Positions 55,516 through 64,000 of a stretch of 64,000 bases of DNA are shown here, in pieces. Position 1 is the stretch's first letter, and each line of letters begins with the position of its first letter. The translations under genes were made by a program, and so were the position numbers. This stretch comes from Schmidtea polychroa (Eukaryota): NCBI GenBank assembly GCA_044892525.1, contig CM097886.1:66464001-66528000 (forward strand), in the 5' to 3' direction. The notes below the pieces were generated by a model. It saw only the letters and a program-made list of their open reading frames with translations, did not search any database and had not been told where the DNA came from.

Positions 55516-58500
55516 TCATTTGTCAGAATTTGCTGTGGCTTGTTGTTGTTGCAGCATCGATAGATAGTAGTTCAATAGGGCGTTATTGGTAGTGCTATTA
55601 CCACTGGCGCCAGTTGTATCGGGGGTAGTTGAGGGATTATTGAGGAGACCTGCCATGTTACTAAGAAATTGTACGAATGAATTTGCAGCTGCATTGTTTG
55701 TAGATCCGCCAAGAAGAGTGCTTGCACTACTCATATAAGCCATCTGAAGAATTTGTTGCATGAGCTGTTGCTGTTGGCGGGTAGCTTGTTGATTCACTGA
55801 ATACAGAGAGGAAAATTATTCAACGGAAAAAGGATTTTGAAAAAACCAAGCCAAAGATTTGTATTTTAGGAAACAATCGATAAATGGTGAAGAGGATAAA
55901 ATATCTAGCATTATTTATCGGCATTATTAATAATTATATTGATATTATTATTAATTATATCGGCATTATTAATAATTATATTGATATCATTATTAATTAT
56001 ATCGGCATTATTAATAATTGTATTGATATCATTAATATTTATATCGACAATAATAATTATAATAATAGAAGAAAAATTAGCAGCGAGCACAATAGTGGAG
56101 TATAAAGAGTCATTAAGGATATTTGCCAGGAATAATGAGTGGGTAAATCTTCTATTTATAAATTAGAGAAAGAATCATTAGGAAATGTATTAGGAAAAGT
56201 AAATAAAAAACAATAAATGAATATTTAATTAAAATATTTTGTTTTAATAATTATTTTTGTTACCATCGGGTTATTAGGAAAATTGGGCGTTTACTCTAAA
56301 TCATAAAATTTATACAACTTTCAAGTCGAATTGTAATAAATCAAATAATTTATCGAAGGTAGCAATAGGATTTTTCTCAACTAGCATAGACTTATTGTTT
56401 TTCATGCTTCATTTCTCAATCTTTCATCGACTTGATTTTCAAAACATTATGACAAACCGTCTTATTTGTTGCCTTGACGTTATTGGCAAGTTTGGTCTAA
56501 TCTATCTGACAAATTGATAAAAGTCCTTCAATTTCACTGGAATTTCGTAATATAAATATTTATATAATTATAAGAACTTTTTTTTCCAAATTTCACCACT
56601 GATTTCCTTTCAATTGACATTGTATTTATTATACGCTTGACTATGAATCAGTAATATATCGATGTTTTTTTGATATTCACGAATTTTCGGCACTGCCTTT
56701 TTCAAGTGATTATATATATCCCACTTTAGGATATCTTAATAGATACCAAAATATCTTTTTTCATTTGTTCCTGTTGAATAGGTCAAAACTCAACATCCTT
56801 GAAATATAATTCCAGAACGTATGCTTTTTGTGAATTTATATGCACTACAATGTTTCGCTTCGCATGGCTATTTGTCTTTACAGTTGTGAATTTTTGAAAT
56901 GTTCATATATTTCCCATGGTTGCCGGTAAAAACCCCAGGGAAGAAAAGCCAAATGTTGCTAGGAAAAAAAGCCAATAAAATGGTTTGTTTGAAGTGTGCT
57001 CAAATTTAATTTGTATGTATTTACTGTTTGTTTGAAATTTTAAATAATAGAATATAAAATTATTGAAAGTCAGAAAAGGAATAAGAAGTTATGTTTAGAT
57101 GGTTATATGTATGTAACAAAGTATACTGGAAAGCAGCAGATAACATGGCGTTGTGAGAAGAGTCTATCAGCGAAGTGTCAGGCAAATGTGAAAACCGATT
57201 TAGATATGTAGAATCCATCTTTTGTGAGTGGAACTCAAAAGCATCCGTAAAGTGAAGAAAAACTGTTCTATCAGAGGCAAGACAAACGATGAAACGGATG
57301 GCAGAATCAACATTAGATCTACCAAATCAAATTCTGGTACGGGTCGCCTCACAGCTATCAGATGAAATCAGTGCATTTCTATCAGCAGAAGATACATGTC
57401 GTCGTACTCTACGCAATGTCAGATCCAAACATCGTCCAAAGGATCCAAACTCACTTGACGAATTGATAGTTAATGGACATTGAAAAAATGACAACCGGCC
57501 CTCGTAATCAACAGTTTCTTCAACTCGACAATGGAAAAGATACCGACTGATGAATCATTGAAGCTTCTTGTAAATTCAAATGCTTGGTTTATAGATGGAA
57601 CATTTAGTGTTGTGCCTAAAATCTTTTAACAATTGTATGTGATTCATGGGCAAGTTGGTCAACAACGTATGCCTTAATGCAACGTCAAACACACTCATAT
57701 AAATGTGACGCCCCAACCTTCAAGTATAACGGTCAATTTTAAAAAGTGTCCATCAAGCTATACGGAATGTGTTTGGAAATGATGTTTTCATCAGAGGATG
57801 CTTTTATCACCTAACCCAATCCACATGGAGAAAAATTCAAAATCTTGGAATGACAAATTTATAAAAATCTGATGAACGATTTAGACTTTTTTGTGGGCAA
57901 CTTGATGCTCTGGCTTTATTGCCATTGGATCAAGTTAAAGAAGGTATGACATACATTCAGATATATATTCATCCTGGTGCGGAAGATTTAGTAGTCTATT
58001 TTGACAATACCTAAGTCTCTGGTCAATTTTGAAAACGCAAGATGACAGGAAGAAGAATTGGTTTCAAATTGCAACGGATGCCACCAGCTTATCCGTCAAA
58101 AACGTCGAATTGTTTTGATACAACAATGGGCAATGGTGCTCGTACAAACAATATTTGCGAAAGTTGGAACAATGGATTTGCAAATCTCGTTGGACAGGAC
58201 CATCCGTCAATATAGAAGTTAATCGAAAATCTTCAAAAGGAAGAAGCACGCGTCCGCATCAAAGTTCTAAAGGATGAACGTGGAATTCAAGAACACAAGC
58301 GCAAGCGACGAAACTACGAAGAAATGCAGAAAAGTCTCAAGAATCTCCTGGAAGACCTCAACAATGGCCGAGAAGACATCCCACAGTTTCTTTGTGGTGT
58401 CAGTCATAACATCAGATTTGGTCAACCATTTGTGTAAACGATAGTAATAAAAGTAATAATTATGAAAATTTGTCTACATAATTTAAATTTTTATTTGAAA

Positions 58501-58682
58501 TATTATTTAACATTTTTATATACTTTTTTATGGTTTATAATTGTGACATTATCTAAATTATTTTTGGCTTTTTTTCCATGGGTTTTTTCATCTGGATTCA
58601 TTTCCCACACATTCGCATTTTTAAAGTCGTTATATGGTCTCTTTTTCGTCATTTTTCCTTATCAATTCATCTCATAACAAAT

Positions 58683-58740
<58 letters not shown>

Positions 58741-61700
58741 CAGAATGAAAATTCGATCAAAAAAACACTATCATAGTAGCCAAAAAATACTTGATCCGTC
58801 ATGTTTATCTCATTAATATATTGTTTCATTTTAACTATATGCACCTGAAAATATAACAAGAATAGAATTTTATTTTTTTGTTCATCTATTCAATTTGATT
58901 ACTAAGCAGAGCGGTTAAAAATATTATTATCATTCAATAAATATTTAATCAATAATAAATAATTAACCAATAATAAATACTAAAATCAATAATAAATAAT
59001 TAAAATTAATAATAAATATTTAATCAATCTTGCACACTAAATATTATTAAAATATCAGTGTTTTTAAATAATCGATCAATATTTTATTTTATATTTAACA
59101 TGGATTTTTTGTCATGTGTTTGAAAAATAAAAAGAAATGAGGATAAAAAAATGATAGAATTATGAACAGTCAAAACATATTTTAAAAATAATTATTAAAC
59201 TCACAATTACTTGAAGAACCGAGTTGATTAAGTGCTTGAAACATTTGCATGTAAGCCAATTGATCCACAGTTAACTGAGATGGAGCAGTTGATGTAGCAC
59301 TAATACCACTAGCTGCTGTATTCTGATGTCGCATTTGTTGTTGTCCATATTGTTGAGAAACAGTCGTTGGTGCTGTTCTACCAGTCCCACTAACTGTTGA
59401 CACGGTATTTGATGGCCGATGTGAAGGCCGACCCTGCGATTGTGTCGCTGTCACAGTGCTCGCTGGAGTTTGATGATGATGCCCTGTAGTAGTACGAGAT
59501 CCAGGCTGTGTCGTTGCAGCATTGGGACGGTTGTTAGTGGTACTCATAGCCAGTAGTTTTTTTTCTTGTTCTTTACGGAATAATTCAAATTTCTTAGGAC
59601 TATCAAGCATATCTTTATAATCGCGATCCAAATCACGTTCCTAAAATTATATTTGCTATTGTGAAATAGATAGATGGTAATAGTCAGTTACAACTATACA
59701 ATTATTAATTTACAACGCAAATTATTATCCAATTATCCACAATATTGAGATGCTGCTTAGGGAAATCTTTCACTCAAATCAAAAGAATATACCCAAATTG
59801 CTGCAAAATAATAAATTCTGGGGTAAATGTTTTATTCGATATAATGAAAATGTGCTACATTTGAAAATCATCAATTATTTATTGATTATTAATGTTTTTT
59901 TTATAAAATGTATTTTTGATGATTTTATTTAGCACTGCACAATTGAGACAACCAACGGGATTTAAACAAAAAATACAAATCAATAATATTGTGAGAAATA
60001 ACTCAAGTTGTATGAAAAACAGAGATTTCTAAAATGAAGAATTCACAAATTTTAATGGATGAAATAAAATATGAAAATTCAGCATATTTTGATTACAATT
60101 TTCAGTTTAATTTGTGGGGTAGTCAGTGTGGTAATGAAATTCATTTGATTAATCTAAATACATAATCATCTATATATATATTGAGCATGACGATAAATAA
60201 ATAGATGATAAAATATCAGATTTGTCAACACTCAATTCATTGGTATGTAGAAATATAACATAGCGGTTTATAAATGTTTATAAATAATGTTTATCATCAA
60301 CAATTATCATTTCTACAACAATTCATGTGAACTAATGCAGCATCAGATACCTGGATAAACATTAAAAATAGAAGCACGTAACTTTATTAATATAAATAAA
60401 TAATATATAAATAAAAAAATTTTAAATTAACGATTTTTAGAATGTATTAAAAAGTAAGAAATAATGTTTTATTGTGTTCAATCGCAGATTTAGGGGAAAA
60501 TAAAAATTTGGTGAGTAAATACTAAATTCTCCACTTTGCATATTCTAGATTCTTGAACTTTTTCTTTAGCAAATCTGTCGGTACGAAATGATGTTAAATC
60601 CATATTTTGTATGTAATCACAATTTTATATATTTATATAAATAAAATATACCGATAAAATTCGGAAAATAAGGTTATCAAACTTTTAGTCCGTTTTAGTT
60701 CTGAAGCCAGAGACACTAAGAAAGGTTATTCCCCTCATTTTTAATACTTTCTGATACACATTGTCGGGACTAAATACTTTTAATTATGTCAAATGTTGTT
60801 TGTATTTATTTTTCTTATGCGTCAGCTTAGTTTCCGCAAAATCTTATGATGCTGTCACATTTTTTTCACTTTACTCGAGTATGCATTTATATTATTTTAT
60901 CCATTTCAGATTTTTGAAAGTGTGTAATAAATATTACCTTAAATTATTAATAATAACATTAATAATTATATCGGCATTATTAATAATTATATCGACTTCA
61001 TTAATAATTATATCGACTTTATTAATAATTATATCGACTTCATTAATAATTATATCGACTTAATTAATAATTATATCGACTTTATTAATAATTATATCGG
61101 CATTATTAATAGTTATATCGACTTTATTAATAATTATATCAACTTCATTAATAATTATATCGACTTCATTAATAATTATATCGACTTTATTAATAATTAT
61201 ATCGACTTCATTAATAATTATATCGACTTCATTAATAATTATATCGACTTTATTAATAATTATATCGACTTCATTAATAATTATATCGACTTTATTAATA
61301 ATTATATCGACTTTATTAATAATTATATCGACTTTATTATATAATTATATCGACTTCATTAATAATTATGCATTTATATTATTTTATCCATTTTAGATTT
61401 TTGAATGTGTGTAATAAATATTACCTTAAATTATTAATAATAATATTAATAATTATATCGGCATCATTAATAATTATATCAACATTATTAATTTGTATTT
61501 ATTTATCTATATAACTAGGAATAACTGTTGGATAAATGTTTAGTTTGTAACTATTTTTAATTAAAACTTAATAATTTAAATAATTTTAAATAATAAATTA
61601 AATATTTGACTAACTTGATCTTGATATTTTTTGAGAACGAGTCGAATTTTATCTTGATAATCGTTTTGGAGAGCTCGACGATAATTTTCACCACAACATG

Positions 61701-61842
61701 ATTCACAAACAACTTTACTACTACCGGGCCGTTCTCGTTTCCAGAGGGGTGTAAAATCAGTACCACATTGAACACAATTGAATGGTGTGAACACCATACG
61801 GACTTCATTTGTATTATGGCCGAGAGCCAAATTACGATATTC
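55516..61842 (-). CDS. gatad2: 3' exons of NuRD subunit p66/GATAD2 (exons 61842-61615, 59640-59211, 55796-55516); 5' exons not identified
   Basis: GATA-type finger CVQCGTDFTPLWKRERPGSSKVVCESC followed by RRALQNDYQDKIR...KYQDQ|ERDL matches p66 CR2. Splice phases are consistent through to the stop at 55516. Confidence 0.88.
55912..56045. repeat. 21-bp AT-rich minisatellite, same family as 60959-61368
   Basis: Repeats of ATCGGCATTATTAATAATTAT and variants. Confidence 0.85.
56915..58600 (+). mobile_element. Defective Mutator-like (FLYWCH + MULE) DNA transposon in a p66 intron
   Basis: LDGYMYV....TWRCEK..SAKC (FLYWCH), DGTFSVVPKIF.QLYVIHG, GCFYHLTQSTWRKIQNLG, RTNNICESWNNGF; stops and frameshifts; degenerate TIR-like ends at ~56915-56980 and ~58560-58600. 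Confidence 0.88.
58685..58738. repeat. (AT)n microsatellite
   Basis: About 27 AT units. Confidence 0.98.
60959..61368. repeat. 21-bp minisatellite (ATTAATAATTATATCGACTT[C/T]) of about 19 units, flanked by a duplicated ~110-bp head (60881-60990 / 61369-61482)
   Basis: Repeat units and duplicated head read directly from the sequence. Confidence 0.95.
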
Positions 61843-64000
61843 CTAAATGAAAAATTTATTAATGAACAAAATAAACAAGAATCTATTAATGAAATATTTA
61901 TAATATCACATTGAGACGTGTGTGCATAGTTAATCTTAATGATTCGTTTCACTATTATTGTTTATTATATATAATTCAAGACAGAAATTTTTCTAACGGT
62001 GAACTTGTTTATGATGTAATCGTATCAATAGATTTTAAGGGTAAAAAGGACGGAAATCGGTTGGATATACAAAAAGCACTTAGCAATATCAATTTTTAAA
62101 AAAGAACTTTTTGGAATTCGATTTTTTGAAATTGAAGTCAGGAAAATGTGTTGAGGAACATTTGTATTGGCATTGTTGAAGCAAATGATTTTTAATCATA
62201 GGGAAATTGAGTTTTATATTGAATAAGATTTCGGATTATCAATAATGTTAGTAATAGTAATCAAGTTACACCAGAGGTCCTCAACCAGTGTTCCACGAGA
62301 ATGGTAAAATGAAATGTCAAATATGAAACATTTGCTATTTTAACATGATTTTTTCTTATTTTTGTTTTTGTAAAAGCAATGTTCAAAGACATTTTATTAT
62401 AAAATCAGATTTTTTATGATTTGGAATCATTTCTCTACATAATAGTATATTATTTCGGACTAGCTTCCTTTGATTTTCAATGAAGCACGTCTTTCGTAGT
62501 CGAAATTTTCAATGTGACAACTAAAGTAATTGTGATCTCTATAAAAATTATTCCTATTAATTTTTCTAAAGATGATTGGATAATAAAATTAATAATGAAA
62601 AAAATATGGATTATAAAGATTTGTGGACTTTTTCTACCATTACTCGATCCGAATAACTTAAAAAAATAAAAGTTTAAATTCAAACGAACATTTAGTAAAA
62701 TCCTAAAGGTGAAGTGAAGACGCTTTTCGCTGTATACGTGTGACTATTCATTCACATACATTTTTAATGCACAAAATAATTGGTCTTTTTGTAAATTCTA
62801 CTATCACAACGTTCAAAAAATTCTTTAGGACAAAAATTAAATTTCTCTAAAAAATTCAAATTTTTTTTAATCAAGATAAAATAAAAATCATATGCATAAT
62901 TGCATTCTTATCATTGAGAAATGTAACATCTGATTAATTTATTCCATGGAAATATAATTGAAAATGAAATTTTTTAAATTCATTTAATTTATAAGCATTA
63001 TCGTTATCAAATTTTAATATTAGAATATTTAAAAAAAAACATTTTCAAAACAAATAAAATGATTGTGACAATTACTTTTATTTGCACACGACTATGTTAA
63101 TCAAACTTATTCTAAATTCTATTTTCACTGTCACTTATCAACTATTTTCTGATTAGAAATGATATATCCAGTCTACAAAGAGTAAACTAGAAAAAAATCA
63201 GTCAAACTGTGTTGGTTTTACAAAGCGCAAATTAAGATAAAAAACCAAAAAAAATTTCAGTATAAAACACATTCACATAAAATTAGCAGTAGCGCTACGG
63301 AATTGAGTGCGTACAGGAAATAAATGCACGCTTGACCTTAGAATAATTACGAGAACTCGGCAATTATCATCTTGGAGGGGGTGAGTAATATAGTTTCAGA
63401 AATATGATTCATAGGTAAATATTGAATTAGCGATGATGTTTGCAATGCGATAGATGATCATAACGGAATGAAAATGAAGTTCGTGAGAAAATAAAACAAA
63501 AATAGAAACAATTTCACGAAAAATAAATTTTTTTCTACATTTTTAAAATTGCTTTTCTGTCTCAGTTTTTTTAGATAAGAATATGAGGGAAAAGATTGAC
63601 AAAATTTGTTGTGAACATAAAATATAAACGGTAATGCTAGCGAATCCGGCAGCATGCAGTCATGCAGTCACAAGCCCAGTACTGCTTATTTATTGCGTTA
63701 TAAACTCATTATGCCACAATGGAACAATAATAATAATATTAATAATAATCATAATAACAATAAAGTCATTTATAATTCAGAAAAGAATAAGTCGTGTGTT
63801 TGTCCGACGGTTTTTTTTAAATAAATTCATCAGTTGAACTTAATAGATAAAATTATATACACTGAAAAATTCTGAGCACGCAGTTATCAAGGGATAGAAG
63901 CAAATGACTTTTTCAGGTAAAGGAAAAAGATTGAAAAATATTTTAGGCGAAATTTGTAAATTTATTTTAAAAAATTAATAAACGGTCATAGATTTTTTTA

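Noticed and set aside
55884-61063. I/N/S-rich ORFs at 55884-56166, 58634-58859 and 60761-61063
   Set aside because: Translations of minisatellites and (AT)n tracts.

Overview
AT-rich eukaryotic genomic DNA with 47-53 bp minimal introns. A planarian flatworm such as Schmidtea is my inference, not something the sequence proves. The first half is one intact, very recently inserted 30.6-kb Ty3/gypsy-type LTR retroelement (973-31586). It has 4.24-kb near-identical LTRs, a CAGT target-site duplication and a tRNA-Pro PBS, and resembles the planarian giant 'Burro' elements. It is organised like a complex retrovirus. One probable ~4,600-aa polyprotein, split only by a +1 shift in an A7 run, reads Gag(CA, 3xCCHC) - 3 ubiquitin-like domains - AT-hook - Bcl-2-like - signal peptide - chuvirus-type (gB-like, class III) envelope glycoprotein - protease - RT - RNaseH - integrase - ankyrin repeats - signal peptide - FN3-like ectodomain - TM. 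A recurring [I/M/V]-[N/C/A/H]-x-[M/L/I] motif sits at nearly every domain boundary. Separate accessory ORFs encode an IAP-type RING protein, a full-length intronless TRAF, three coiled-coil proteins, a small type-I membrane protein and an orphan protein inside each LTR. The second half holds host genes: an unknown 2-exon gene, Nup58, a flavin amine oxidase and the 3' exons of GATAD2/p66. These are interspersed with fossil pogo, Merlin, piggyBac, Mutator, Helitron-like and gypsy fragments, minisatellites and two N gaps. All domain calls come from motifs read by eye; no searches were run.
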